From IMG/VR virus record IMGVR_UViG_3300043811_000019, positions 1 through 44,770 of that record: DNA of 44,770 nucleotides. One strand, given 5' to 3'. The notes below the pieces were generated by a model. That model made no database searches, was not told the DNA's origin, and worked only from the letters and a program-made list of their open reading frames with translations. Of this stretch, positions 44,604 to 44,770 are shown piece after piece; within the stretch, counting starts at the first letter, position 1, and each line of letters begins with the position of its first letter. The position numbers were made by a program, and so were the translations under genes. This DNA comes from a virus. Its lineage: Duplodnaviria > Caudoviricetes.

Positions 44604-44770
44604 GTGAGCCACGAAAGACCCGGAAGATCCAACGAATGGTACACGCCCCCTTATATCTTTCAGGCAATGCGAGTTAAATTCGACCGGGATATGGCCTCAC
44701 CTGGGGCTAACGTGGTTCCTTGGGTTCCAGCGGGTTGCCACAACACGAAAGAAAACCCTAGCCCGTGGAA
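44604..44770 (+). CDS. DNA adenine methyltransferase, 5' part (continues at the window start)
   Basis: GAGGGG RBS, GTG start, NEWYTPP motif; in frame with ORF 24-455. Confidence 0.85.
   Translation, partial: MSHERPGRSNEWYTPPYIFQAMRVKFDRDMASPGANVVPWVPAGCHNTKENPSPW
44644..44770. repeat. Direct terminal repeat, copy 2
   Basis: Identical to bases 1-127. Confidence 0.95.

Overview
The window is an apparently complete ~44.6 kb circularly permuted podovirus genome: bases 1-127 are repeated at 44644-44770, and every credible gene is on the + strand. The morphogenesis block has BPP-1/T7-like gene order: TerS, TerL, portal, scaffold, major capsid, cement, adaptor, nozzle, three ejection proteins and a short tail-fibre base. 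It is followed by a cluster of signal-peptide-bearing Thr/Pro-rich genes, a lysis region (GH25 muramidase plus SLT), a small-RNA/regulatory interval and an early region (DnaB-like helicase, nucleases, RHH regulator, tRNA-Pro(UGG), Lar-like, NUDIX, adenine methyltransferase spanning the contig ends). I recognised no integrase, polymerase or reverse transcriptase. Strongest leads: (1) a 2754-aa ejection polyprotein with tandem GGDEF, ADP-ribosyltransferase-like and zincin domains, plus a nested +1-frame ORF directly behind the GGDEF pair; (2) three unrelated small basic proteins sharing a C-terminal HHPx(K/S)LSH(H/I) tag, next to a GNAT gene; (3) secreted mucin-like TPT-repeat proteins where receptor-binding tail genes normally sit; (4) a C4/CI-like antisense RNA with its target sites. 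All family assignments come from motifs and synteny read by eye, not from database searches.
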